Positions 17,691-28,200 of a stretch of DNA of 64,000 bases are shown one piece after another (positions within the stretch are counted from its first letter, which is position 1; the number at the start of each line of letters is the position of its first letter). The DNA comes from a virus (taxonomy: Duplodnaviria > Caudoviricetes). A program made the position numbers and the translations under genes. Below the pieces are notes generated by a model, which worked only from the letters and a program-made list of their open reading frames with translations, was not told where the DNA came from and searched no databases. The stretch is from the IMG/VR virus record IMGVR_UViG_3300028603_000032, positions 1 through 64,000 of that record; one strand, 5' to 3'.

Positions 17691-20600
17691 GTGGCAAGAA
17701 CCAATGTCCCGCTACTTGCTCTGAATCGCGGCCTTGTATCCCCCAAGGCTCTCGCACGCGTTGATCTTGACCGCACCCGCCTTTCTGCCGAGGTGCAGAC
17801 CAACTGGCTTTCGAACACCCAAGGCGCACTGTCCCTCCGCCCCGGTACGAAATACATGGGGTCGGTGGCTTGCGATACCGGAGCGGAGCTGATCGAATTC
17901 GTAGCGTCAACAGACGATGTGGCTCTGCTTGAACTCACCCATGATACCGGCTCCGGTCAAGGAAGAATGCGCGTGTGGCTGGGGGATGACGCGCATAACC
18001 TGCAACTCATGAAGCGGCCTCACGTCGATACACATGTGAGCCTGTCGGATACCGGATGGGAGGATGCTAGTCTGGGTGGCTCCATCACCGTAAGTGGTTT
18101 TGATCTAATCCCCACGATGGTCGATCAGACAACTTCTGGGGTTAGCATGACGGCATCATCCACTGTGGATGATGAATCAAGCGCGTGGTCTGCTGGAGAT
18201 GATGATGTCGACTCGTTGTGGGTATCAGATGATGACCCTCCCCAATGGCTGAAAGTCGATCTAGGTAGCGCACAACAGGTTTCGAGGTATTCGATAAGAG
18301 CTGTATCAATCCCCGAAGGCATCGGAGCAACGCCGTCTGCCTGGACCTTTCAGGGGAACCATTCGGATACGGGATCTGCAGGAAGTTGGACCACACTTGA
18401 CACGGTGTCTGGTCAGTCGTCCTGGGCGGTAGGCCAGAAGCGCACGTTTAACATAGGTTCTCCACAGCAGTTCCGTTTCTACCGCTGGAATATAACGGCC
18501 AATGCTGGTGGGTATCCAGTGGTCGCCATTGCTGAGGTCGAGTTGATAGGTCAGGCAAGTGGCTCGTCTGACCAAGGCACGTTCAACCATGGTAATTTGA
18601 TTTTGAATGCAGTGGCTCTTGGGTCGGTTGCTCGGGTCAGGAAACGCGTCATCGTTGACACTGGCGATCTCGGATCAGAACACCAATTGTCGATTGATGT
18701 CTCGCACGGCCCCGTCACATTCAGGATCGGCTCATCTGCCGGTGATGATGATTACGTGTCGGAAGCGATGCTCGCCACAGGGCACCATTACCTCGCCTTC
18801 ACGCCCACAAATGATTTCCATATTACCATTCAGAACGACAAAATTGTTAACCGTATCATTGATGGCATCAGTATAGCCGACAGCGGGGTAACGGCTATAC
18901 CAACACCATGGTCCGCAGATGATCTCGATGACATCCGCTACGACCAGTCTGCCGATGTCGTCTATGTCGATTGCAGAGGTGTCAAGCCGCACAAGATCGA
19001 GCGCCGCGGAGTTGGCAGGTCATGGTCTGTCGTGGAGTATGACCCGAATGATGGTCCATTACTGACCGCACCATCGTCCTCTGCGAAGCTAAAACCCAAC
19101 GGTTATTACGGCAATATCAAGATCCTGTCGGATGTCCCGTTCTTCCAGTCTGGTCATGTCGGAGCTCTCATCCGAATGTTCCATTCCGGCCAAAGTGGAG
19201 TATGGCCGCTCGGAAACCTCGACACGACGACAGATCCGATCGAGGTAACGGGGATCGGCGACACCGGAACGGACAACGATATCGACAACGAGCGCCGCAT
19301 CATTTTCGATGTGTCCGGGAGCTGGTCGGGCGAGATCACCATCGAGAGATCATTCGATGGCCCCGAGTTCGGATTTCGACCGATTGTTCCGAACCTCGGC
19401 ACGCCGATCGATACGGGCACGTTCACGACCACAATAGACGACCCAGATGACAATATCAGTGCATGGTATCGCGCGAAGATTACTTCTTATACCTCGGGCG
19501 TTGCTGTGGTCCGCGTCAGCTACAAGGGCGGCGGTACGACGGGGATTGCTAGGATCACGGGCTACAATTCTAACCAGGAGGTCGATGCCGAGGTTCTCTC
19601 CCGTTTCTCCGATACCGGCCCGACGGACAACTGGCAGGAAGGATGGTGGTCGGATCGCAGGGGTTATCCGACGGCAGTTTCCCTGCATGGCGGCAGACTT
19701 TGGCATGCCGGCGGGGCTACCGTGTTCGGCTCGGTTTCCGACGATTACGAAAGCTTCGACGAGTCGGTCGAAGGTGATGCCGGACCTATCGTCAAGACGC
19801 TCGGCTCAGGTCCCGTCGACAGCGTGCATTACATCGTCTCCTTGCTTCGTCTGATCATCGGCACGGCAGGGGCGGAAATCGCCGTTCGCTCGTCCTCTCT
19901 TGATGAGCCACTGACGCCGACCAACTCCAACGCGATCGCCTTCTCGACGCAAGGCTCCGCCCCGCTCCGCGGCCTCAAGATGGACACCCGGTGCATCATG
20001 GTGCAGCGATCCAGGCAACGCGTGTTCATGCTGGGAGCCGGAGTGCAGGGCGCATCGTTCGGGGACTACGAAGGGCTTGAGCTTACGCTGCTAGTTCCTG
20101 ATCTCCTGAACGCCAGGGTCAAGTCCGTCGCGATCCAGAGACAGCCTGATACCAGAATTCACTTCGCCCTTGAGGACGGCAAGGTTGCAATCCTCACCTA
20201 CGAGCCGACCGAGGAGGTGATCTGCTGGTATCTGTGGGAGACGGACGGAACAGTCGAGCGCGTAGCAGTGCTTCCGGGTATCGAGGAGGACGCGGTATTC
20301 TATCTCATCCGCCGCGAGATCAACGGCCAGACGAAACGCTTCATTGAGAAGTGGGCCAAGGAATCGGAGTGTGTCGGGGATACTGGCCTGACTTGGCTCA
20401 TGGACGCGGCCGTTTCGTACACCGACACCGGCCGCACCAACGTGATCTCAGGGCTGGATCACCTCGTCGGTGAAGAGGTCATCGTCTGGAGCGACGATAC
20501 GGGCAGCATTCCCGGTGTCGACAGATCTCCTGATATCGACGGCTTGCAGCGCACCTATACTGTGGACACGGGCGGTAGCATTACGCTCGACGCAGACGTG

Positions 20601-20969
20601 CATCATGCGGTCGTGGGACTGCCTTACAGTGCCACGTGGAAGAGCACCAAGCTGGCCTACGCGGCCCAAGCCGGGACCGCCCTCAATCAGGCGAAGCGCG
20701 TCCCGCAGATGGGCATGATACTCCACCAGACCCACGCGCGGGCTCTCCAGTACGGCAGCGATACGGGCGGGCCGCTCGACTCATTGCCGAAGATGTATCG
20801 TGGCAAGGCGCTCGATCCGGATCATATCTTCCGCTCCTACGACGAGGTAGCCATCAGCTTTCCGAGCGGATGGGACACGGATGCTCGTGTCGTGATCAAG
20901 GCCAAGGCACCACGTCCCGCCACCATAATGGCCCTCGTGCCGAGTATTCAAACTAATGAAAGGGTGTGA
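17691..20969 (+). CDS. Tail tubular protein B (nozzle, T7 gp12/P22 gp10-like) with inserted F5/8-type C (discoidin) domain; 13 DTG
   Basis: LNRGLVSP..LARVDL, GALSLRPGT N-terminus; GYPTAVSLHGGRLW; discoidin QWLKVDLGS..VSRYSI...WTTLD...FRFYRWNIT...AEVEL (~18200-18550). Confidence 0.82.
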   Translation: MARTNVPLLALNRGLVSPKALARVDLDRTRLSAEVQTNWLSNTQGALSLRPGTKYMGSVACDTGAELIEFVASTDDVALLELTHDTGSGQGRMRVWLGDDAHNLQLMKRPHVDTHVSLSDTGWEDASLGGSITVSGFDLIPTMVDQTTSGVSMTASSTVDDESSAWSAGDDDVDSLWVSDDDPPQWLKVDLGSAQQVSRYSIRAVSIPEGIGATPSAWTFQGNHSDTGSAGSWTTLDTVSGQSSWAVGQKRTFNIGSPQQFRFYRWNITANAGGYPVVAIAEVELIGQASGSSDQGTFNHGNLILNAVALGSVARVRKRVIVDTGDLGSEHQLSIDVSHGPVTFRIGSSAGDDDYVSEAMLATGHHYLAFTPTNDFHITIQNDKIVNRIIDGISIADSGVTAIPTPWSADDLDDIRYDQSADVVYVDCRGVKPHKIERRGVGRSWSVVEYDPNDGPLLTAPSSSAKLKPNGYYGNIKILSDVPFFQSGHVGALIRMFHSGQSGVWPLGNLDTTTDPIEVTGIGDTGTDNDIDNERRIIFDVSGSWSGEITIERSFDGPEFGFRPIVPNLGTPIDTGTFTTTIDDPDDNISAWYRAKITSYTSGVAVVRVSYKGGGTTGIARITGYNSNQEVDAEVLSRFSDTGPTDNWQEGWWSDRRGYPTAVSLHGGRLWHAGGATVFGSVSDDYESFDESVEGDAGPIVKTLGSGPVDSVHYIVSLLRLIIGTAGAEIAVRSSSLDEPLTPTNSNAIAFSTQGSAPLRGLKMDTRCIMVQRSRQRVFMLGAGVQGASFGDYEGLELTLLVPDLLNARVKSVAIQRQPDTRIHFALEDGKVAILTYEPTEEVICWYLWETDGTVERVAVLPGIEEDAVFYLIRREINGQTKRFIEKWAKESECVGDTGLTWLMDAAVSYTDTGRTNVISGLDHLVGEEVIVWSDDTGSIPGVDRSPDIDGLQRTYTVDTGGSITLDADVHHAVVGLPYSATWKSTKLAYAAQAGTALNQAKRVPQMGMILHQTHARALQYGSDTGGPLDSLPKMYRGKALDPDHIFRSYDEVAISFPSGWDTDARVVIKAKAPRPATIMALVPSIQTNERV

Positions 20970-21560
20970 CTAAGTAAGCCAACCCCATATTTTTCGCCTC
21001 TTTATATCTGATACGGTCCTAGGACTAATTCCGAATTGTCCAGCTATGTTTCTAATGGGAACACCTTGCGAGATCATGTACCTGATCATGCATACGTCGT
21101 CCTTGCGCAACTTTGATGATGCGACTCGTTCTCCTCTCAGTATGGTGCCATGTCGGAGCGCATCGGCAGAGTTATCTTTGCTCGTCCCCCAACGTAGGTG
21201 TTTGGGGTTCACGCAAGCAAGATGTCCGTTTCCGCAAGTATGTAGAGCTTCGTGCGTAGGCGACGGTGGCGCGCCGTGCGCGAGTTCGCACATATAACGG
21301 TTTGCTCTGAAATGCTTACGGTCGACCCAAAGATCGCCGTATCCCCAACTGCATTTGGCAAATGGCCACAGCAGGCAATCGTTACCTTTGTAGGTGGCGT
21401 GGGAGATGAGCCAAGCGAGGGGGGCTCCTTTTGGCGTGGCCGTTCGCCCGGCTAGGGGGTCTCCGTATTTGTGCCATTTTGCCCAGTGCGGGTTACAGTA
21501 ACTCTTGGCGTAATGCGGCTTGCCACAGCCTTCTACAGAGCATATGCGTTGGGAAGCCAT
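20970..21560 (-). CDS. HNH homing endonuclease (antisense insertion)
   Basis: CSVEGC..YC..H zinc finger, CLLWP, HTCGNGHLACVNPKHLRWGT, C-terminal HTH. Confidence 0.85.
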   Translation of the reverse strand: MASQRICSVEGCGKPHYAKSYCNPHWAKWHKYGDPLAGRTATPKGAPLAWLISHATYKGNDCLLWPFAKCSWGYGDLWVDRKHFRANRYMCELAHGAPPSPTHEALHTCGNGHLACVNPKHLRWGTSKDNSADALRHGTILRGERVASSKLRKDDVCMIRYMISQGVPIRNIAGQFGISPRTVSDIKRRKIWGWLT

Positions 21561-21656
21561 TCTCGAACCTCGCTCGTTCGGGTTTGGTTAGAACGCGCCC
21601 AGGTCTGACCACCTGCGGCGCGTTCGTCATTATAGGTGAACGAAAAAGAAACATCA

Positions 21657-22025
21657 ATGAAAATGGTCATCATCCGCACCGCCACAAGAGAAGACATCGA
21701 CGCCTTCTCCGACATGGCAAACAAGCCCACTATCCGGGCGCTTGTTGCTGAAATGGATGGGCGGGTTGTCGCCATAGCCGGGGCGGCTCTGGCAAAAGGT
21801 CGGTGGTACGCCTTTGCCGATCTGCCCGAGGAAATCCGTCCCTACAAAATGACGATCATGCGGAACGCGAAGCGCTTCATCGAGGATCTTCGACGGCAGG
21901 GCGTCAGGTTCCTGTACGCGCAACCCGATCTGAATGAGCCGAAGGCAGTCGCGTGGCTATCGAGCCTCGGATTTGAACCAGACCCGCGTTCTGGGGGAAT
22001 GCTTTACCGCTGGAGTGCGAAATAG
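21657..22025 (+). CDS. GNAT-like internal virion protein (T7 gp13-like)
   Basis: VVAIAGA, AVAWLSSLGF; position after tail tube B. Confidence 0.7.
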   Translation: MKMVIIRTATREDIDAFSDMANKPTIRALVAEMDGRVVAIAGAALAKGRWYAFADLPEEIRPYKMTIMRNAKRFIEDLRRQGVRFLYAQPDLNEPKAVAWLSSLGFEPDPRSGGMLYRWSAK

Positions 22026-22028
22026 AAG

Positions 22029-22598
22029 ATGGCAGAACTGGCAACAATAGCGATGATCGTCTCGACGGCCGCCACGGCGGCCGGAACGATTGTCGGCGCT
22101 CAGGGCGCTCTGGCGCAAGGCAAGGCGGCCCAGGCGGCTGCTGAATACAAAGCCGAGCAGCTCGACATCCGCGCCAAAGAGGAACAGGCCGCAGCGCAAC
22201 GTGACGCGCAGGAGCTCCGTCGTCGCAAGGATCTCGCCCTTTCCGAGTTGCAGGCCAAGTCTGCGGCGTCAGGATTCTCTGCCACCGATCCCACATCGCT
22301 TGCCCTTGCCGATGAAATCGCCCGCTACGGGACGATGCAGGAGCAGATGGCGATGTACGGCGGGGCATCACGGCGAAAAGGCTTGGAGAGCGAAGCCTTC
22401 GCCAGTCGTTTCGAGGGAAGGATGGCGCGGCAGGCATCCAAGTACGATGCAGCCTCGACCATACTCGGCGGGGTTTCGACCATAGCAGGGCGGTTCGCGC
22501 CAGCTCCCGGAATGCCAGCCCAATCGAGCTACAGGTACGGCGTCAGTGCTCCGCTGACCGGATGGGAAGCTACAGTCACTCGGTCTAGGTACGGTTGA
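22029..22598 (+). CDS. Internal virion (ejection) protein, gp14-like
   Basis: Ala/Gly/Gln-rich helical protein with hydrophobic N-terminus; synteny. Confidence 0.7.
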   Translation: MAELATIAMIVSTAATAAGTIVGAQGALAQGKAAQAAAEYKAEQLDIRAKEEQAAAQRDAQELRRRKDLALSELQAKSAASGFSATDPTSLALADEIARYGTMQEQMAMYGGASRRKGLESEAFASRFEGRMARQASKYDAASTILGGVSTIAGRFAPAPGMPAQSSYRYGVSAPLTGWEATVTRSRYG

Positions 22599-22602
22599 TA
22601 AG

Positions 22603-25065
22603 ATGGCAAAGCTTCCCTCCCGCGAGTCTCTTGGCGGCATGCCCTCGGCGCGCTCCGGTCGCGCCATCGCCACCATAGACGCCACTGCCCCTGCACGTGC
22701 GATGCAGCGGTTCGGCCGGACCATTGCCGGCGCCGGCCAGGAGATAGGCGATGCCATCCTGAAACTGTCCCAGGACCCGGCCGCCGAATACGAGACCGAA
22801 CGCCGGTTCCAGGAGTTCAAGTTCCAGCAGCAGCAGCAGCTTGAAGAGCGCATGCGCTCGGTCCAGCCTGGGCAGGCCGACGGGTTCGCCGACACGTGGG
22901 CTGACGGGTACGGCGAGCAGGCGCGCGGATTTTTCGAAACGGTCCCGGACCGCCTCAAGCCCAAGTACGACAACAAGCTGTTCGGCGTGGAACGGGATTT
23001 CTACCGCAGCGCGGCGACGTTCTCCCGCAATGAGCAGAAGCGGTTTTCCCTCGCCAACCTCGACGACGATGTCAAACGCCTTGCGCTCACGCCTGATCTT
23101 GACACTGCGCGGGCTGACTTCGATAGTCTTATCAATCTCAATCCCTATCTCACCCCGATCGAAAAGGATGAGGTGCGCCGCAAGGGGCTCGATGTTCTCG
23201 AAGAACAGAATCTCGAATGGCGCATCAGGCGGGGCGATGATCTGGATGAAATTATCCGGGATCTGGAAACGGGCGGGATGCCGGATCGGGATCCGGCTGG
23301 CCGTGTCAGCGAGAACGGTCTCGATTTCATCCGCAAACAGGAAGGCTTTACGCCTGTCGCGAAGTGGGACTTCAAGCAGCATTCGGTCGGCTACGGAACA
23401 CGAGGAAAGCCCGGCGAGAGGATCACCGTCGAGGAAGCCGAGCGCCGGCTCCACGTGGAGGCAGGTGCCGTTTCCGACTGGATAGAGAAGAAGGTCAAGG
23501 TGCCTCTATCGCAGGAGCAGCACGACGCGTTGGTGTCGTTCGGCTTCAACCTTGGCACAGGCAATCTGGAGAAGCTGCTTCCCGATCTGAACGAAGGCAA
23601 CTTCGAGCGTGTCGCCGAGCGCATGCTGTCGTTCAACAAGGCAGGCGGCAGGACGCAGGATGGGTTGCGGCGTCGCCGTCAGGAAGAGGCAATGCTGTTC
23701 CTGAGCAGCAGTGAGCCCATGCAGGTCGCACAGGCCCCAACGGCGGGCGATGGAGCGCGCCTCCCCTCTCTCGGCAAGTATCCTAACCTTTCTCCACAAC
23801 GCCGCTCGGCCCTGATCAACAAGGCCCGTGTTGCCCGCTCTGCCATTACCCAGCAGGAACTCAGGGACGACGAGGAGCGCATTCGCAGGACGGGTGAGCC
23901 TCTGGTCGGACCCGATGGCAAAACGTCACTCGACCGGGCGAAGACGTTCCTGACCAAGAACCAGGTGGACCAGGCGCGTATATCTTGGGACGAAGCGCGG
24001 ATGGAGTACGAGGCGATATCGCCGTTGCGGTCGCTATCGGAGCTTGAGGACGAGGACGGAATGAGTGATGTGGACCGCCACATTGCGGCGCTGTCCCCGG
24101 ATGAAAAGGCGCCAGAAGAATCGTATGCCTCACGGGCAAGGGTGCTCGACAAGACACTGGCAGCCTGGAAGAAGATCCAGGAGGAGCGGCGCAAAGACCC
24201 GGCCAAGGCCGTCAACGACCAGCCTGAGGTTCGCGATGCCTTCGAGGTGGTGCAGGCCCGTGTCCCGGAAGCCACGATCGTCCAGCATGATGACGGTGAG
24301 CTTGATGTCGAGGTCGCGGAAGGCCAGCCCGCCGTCAGCGCGTTGAAGGCGCAGGAGATGGTGATGGAGGCTCGCCTTCAGGCTCAGGCGCGGCTCGGCA
24401 TCCCGGAGGTCTATCGTTCTCCTATCACACGCAAGCAGGCGAAAAAGCTGCTCGACATGCCTGATCCTGCTCTGCTGAACGACAAGGAGTTCTATGACAA
24501 GCTCCGGGCGGCGGCTGATGCTTCGGAGGAAACCTACGGTCCCCGCTTCGGCCGGCAAGCCTTCGAGTCGGCAGTTCGCTTCAAGCTGCGTGAGAAGGAG
24601 CACAAGGATACGGCTGCCGGCGTGATCCGACAAGTCGTTTGGGGTGAGCCTGTCACCCAACGCGACATCAACCGTCTCCGTATGATGAATGAAATCGATT
24701 TATCCGACGCAATGTTCTCTGACCCGTTTGCATTCACTGGACCGCGTTCAACACGCGGTGGAGTGCGGCAGATCGAGGATCTGGACGCGATAGGGCGAGG
24801 TCCAGAAAACCAATTCCTTCCAGCGTTCGCGATGGAGGAGACGGAACGGCCGTTCATCTCGCCTGAGTTCGCGCGGGATACGATGCCTGCAATTCAGGAG
24901 TATCAGGCGAGACAGGCAGCAAAACGTCCGACCCCAGCGCAGATCGAATGGGTCAGACAGGACCCGAAAAGCCGCCAGCCTATTTTCGATATGGAGTTCG
25001 GTCGTGGGGCGTGGGCGCGCTTTGCGAACGAGCCTGCCGATACCAGCCGAGAACCTTCTCGATAA
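22603..25065 (+). CDS. Internal virion protein with GH24 lysozyme domain
   Basis: GLDFIRKQEGF...SVGYG...LSQEQHDALVSFGFNLG...FNKAGG..DGLRRRRQEEAMLF (~23310-23700). Confidence 0.82.
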   Translation: MAKLPSRESLGGMPSARSGRAIATIDATAPARAMQRFGRTIAGAGQEIGDAILKLSQDPAAEYETERRFQEFKFQQQQQLEERMRSVQPGQADGFADTWADGYGEQARGFFETVPDRLKPKYDNKLFGVERDFYRSAATFSRNEQKRFSLANLDDDVKRLALTPDLDTARADFDSLINLNPYLTPIEKDEVRRKGLDVLEEQNLEWRIRRGDDLDEIIRDLETGGMPDRDPAGRVSENGLDFIRKQEGFTPVAKWDFKQHSVGYGTRGKPGERITVEEAERRLHVEAGAVSDWIEKKVKVPLSQEQHDALVSFGFNLGTGNLEKLLPDLNEGNFERVAERMLSFNKAGGRTQDGLRRRRQEEAMLFLSSSEPMQVAQAPTAGDGARLPSLGKYPNLSPQRRSALINKARVARSAITQQELRDDEERIRRTGEPLVGPDGKTSLDRAKTFLTKNQVDQARISWDEARMEYEAISPLRSLSELEDEDGMSDVDRHIAALSPDEKAPEESYASRARVLDKTLAAWKKIQEERRKDPAKAVNDQPEVRDAFEVVQARVPEATIVQHDDGELDVEVAEGQPAVSALKAQEMVMEARLQAQARLGIPEVYRSPITRKQAKKLLDMPDPALLNDKEFYDKLRAAADASEETYGPRFGRQAFESAVRFKLREKEHKDTAAGVIRQVVWGEPVTQRDINRLRMMNEIDLSDAMFSDPFAFTGPRSTRGGVRQIEDLDAIGRGPENQFLPAFAMEETERPFISPEFARDTMPAIQEYQARQAAKRPTPAQIEWVRQDPKSRQPIFDMEFGRGAWARFANEPADTSREPSR

Positions 25066-25210
25066 CGAGCAGGTTGGCGACCATCACCGGAACGGTGAAC
25101 CAGCCCGCCGCCCACTCGCTGAATCCTAGAGCCTGAAAGCCCTGAAGGGCCAGCACTGACGGTGTGATCATCAGCACCGCCAGCATGATGTGTTTCACCG
25201 AAATTTTCAT
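24980..25210 (-). CDS. Possible small membrane protein (antisense moron)
   Basis: MKISVKHIMLAVLMITPSVLAL..WFTVPVMVANLLVI: two hydrophobic stretches; overlaps the upstream gene end. Confidence 0.3.
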   Translation of the reverse strand: MKISVKHIMLAVLMITPSVLALQGFQALGFSEWAAGWFTVPVMVANLLVIEKVLGWYRQARSQSAPTPHDRTPYRK

Positions 25211-25225
25211 CAGAGCCTGCCACGC

Positions 25226-28200
25226 ATGGATGACCAACTCCTGAACGATCTGCGCTCCCTCGGGGAAGAACCGGAAGCTGTCGATCCTGGTCTTACCGGA
25301 CTTCTCCCGCAACAGGAAGAGCCGGTCGGCACGAGCAACACCGCGCGAGAGGTTGCGCCACTGATCGACCGCCTTGCCGAGCAGCGCCGACGCGAGCGCG
25401 AACGGGAGGAGCAGGAGGCGGAGCTTAGGTCCCGCGACGGTGCGCTTGATGCGTTGATGGACCCTCAGCAGTACGTCGAGGGCGTCAAGGGCATCATCCC
25501 CGGCGCCATTCGTTCGGGCGGTCTTGTGCTTCAGGCTCCCGATGTATTCGCCTCACGCGCACAGCACAACGCTGCCCGCTTCGGTCGCCAGCAGATCGAA
25601 TTGATGGATCGCATTGATCGCGGCGAGGATGTCTCCGAGGTCGATGACGCCATGGGCTACCGGCAAATGTCGCCGGCCCAACGATTGCAGGCCCGTGAAC
25701 AGCTCACCAAGGCGCAGAGATCCTTCGCCCCGACGCCCATTCAAGAGCGTTCGCTGTTCCGCGCGGGCGAGGATGTCCAGGAGTTTGCCAAGGGCGTTGC
25801 ACCGGCTGCACCCGGCTACGAAGAGTCCGTAGGCCGCCAGCTTGGCGAAGGTCTCGGCTCCATGGCGGTCGGCCTGCCGGCATCGTTCATTGGACCGATG
25901 CCTGCCGCTGTCGTCTTTGGTGCGATGGGTGTCGGCGAGGCTGCGGATCGCGCGGTCCAATGGGATCGCAAGGAGCGGGAAGCGGGTCGCCCCGGTCTGA
26001 CGCAGGATCAAATTGCGCTTGCCGGTATTCTCGGCACGGCACCTGGCGCGACAGATATGCTGCCATTGGAGGTTATGGTCGGGCGCCTGCCGATCCCCAT
26101 GCCGAAGTGGATGCGTGGCGCGGTCGCGCGCGGGATTGGCCGGATCGGCGGACAGGCGTTCATCGAAGGCGTTCAGGAAGGCGGGCAAGCGTTCCTGCAG
26201 AACCTGATCGCCCGCGAGGTCTACGATTCGAACCAGCCGCTGGTTGACGGTCTGGGCAGCGAGGCGGCCATCGGCGGCGGCGTCGGCGCAATTGCGCAAA
26301 CCGCCAAGGAGCTTGGTTCCTGGATCATCCGCTCCGCAGCCGGACGCCGCACTCGGTCGACGGAACCTAGCCGTCGCGATGAGCCCACCCCCGAGACACC
26401 CCGCGATTCCGTCGTCGACCTCGACCAGTTTGCAGATCCCATCGAAGAGGAAGGTGAACGCCCCGTAGACGAAGCACCTCTAGGCCCTCTTGCTCCCGAT
26501 GTCAGAGGGCAGCAGGGAGAGGAAGGCGAGCTTGCAGCGTCGATGGTGCAGGACCGCCTCTCGGATGAGGCGCGCGATTATCTGAACGAAGCGTATTCTA
26601 CCATCGGGCTTGAGCCCGAGACGGACCTTTCGACCGTTCCTGCTTCCGAGCTTCGTCAGATCGCGAGCTACCTGAGAGAGGTGCAGCAGGACATCCGCAC
26701 GGAAAGCGGACGATACACCCCAGGTCGCGACGAGCTCAATCCGCCCGACCCTGCCATCACGGAACTGCTTCGCGGCATCAATGCGGAACTGAGGCGGGAT
26801 GCAGCAGCCCAGCGTCGCCAGCCGCAGTTGCCGTTGGACGAGACCGCCGCCGAAGCTGCGCCGACGGAGCAGGCCGCGCCGCAAAGCGTGCCTCAGACCC
26901 AATCTCGTGGCAGGCTCGGCACCCGTCTGGAAGACCTCGCGCAGCGCGACTTCAGAGCAGCGGAAGCCGTAGACAGCGTTCGTGGTGCGGGAGCGCGCCC
27001 CGACGTGTCGTCTGAGGGATTTTCATCCCCTACCTTTGACCAGATCTCCTCCGTTCTCCCCCCAGATGCCAATGGCGATCCCGACTTCGGACGCCTCAAT
27101 GCGCGAATGCAGGCCGAGTTCGGCAAGACCGGCTGGAACAATCTCACCCCGGACGAGAAGGTTCAGCTTTACCGCACGTTCGGTGGCGAGCCTGCACCTG
27201 CAACACAGGAAGCCCCTGAGAGCGTCACAGAGGCCGGCGTCTCACCGGAGGTCGTACCCCCCGCAAAAACTGCCGAAGCCGCTCCTGAGCCGACTGTGGG
27301 GCAGGAATCGGCCATTTCTGATGATACCCGCCAAGCCTTCCGCGAAATACTCGCAGGCAAGGCGCCGCGCCGTCAGTGGGCAGAACAGCTAGGCGTCGAC
27401 GAGGGACAACTGCAATCCCTGATCGACGAAGCGGCATCGGAAGGGCTGGTGCGCGTCGATCGCAACGGCGTAGTGAGGCGCACGGCGCGCGCGAAGGTGG
27501 CGGCAACTGCCGCTCAGCCGACACCGCGTCCGACACAGGCTCCGCGTCCGGCGGCTCCGGCTCAGGCCCGGCCTTCCCTCACCATCCCGTCTGACATCCG
27601 CCTCCGCAACTCAATCGACGCCCGCGAGCGCATCACCGGCAAGCCACTCAATGCCATCGTGCTCGACTATGCCGGCCGCATCGAGGAAGCGCGGGGCACT
27701 GATGCGTTCGACGGCATCATGGCCGAGATCAGGGCAGACCGTCTATTCCTGAAAGCGGATGCCCATGATCTTGCAGCACTGGCAGGATATCCCGTCACCA
27801 AGTCAGCAACGAAGAAAGCTGCACTGGAGACGGTAGAGAAACGGCATCGTGATCTGGCGGAGGGGCTCAATCAGAAATTGTTGCCGGATCTTGCGGCTCT
27901 GTCGATGTCGCAGGCGCCGCCGCAGGTCTCTCGCACGTTTTGGGGTGGGTTCCCGTCTGTCGAAACACTTCTTCCCCGCCATGCGCTGCGTAACCACAAC
28001 CCGGAACTCTACGACAAGGCCAAGGCTGGGGATCATGCTGCTGCGGCCCAACTCGTCGATGAGGTTGTGAGAGACGAGGCGATAGAGCGCTTGCGCGCGA
28101 CTATCGGCGACCGGCAGCCGGTCATAGTTGCGGTCATGGCAGAGGAAGCCTCGGGCCGCAATGCAATCCCAAGGACGTTTGCGAAAATCATTGGCCGCCA

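Noticed and set aside
1-20969. DTG as the aspartic-protease catalytic motif
   Set aside because: Dozens of copies in fibre, decoration and tail tube proteins without the pepsin/retropepsin fold context (no downstream hydrophobic-hydrophobic-Gly motif) cannot be active sites.
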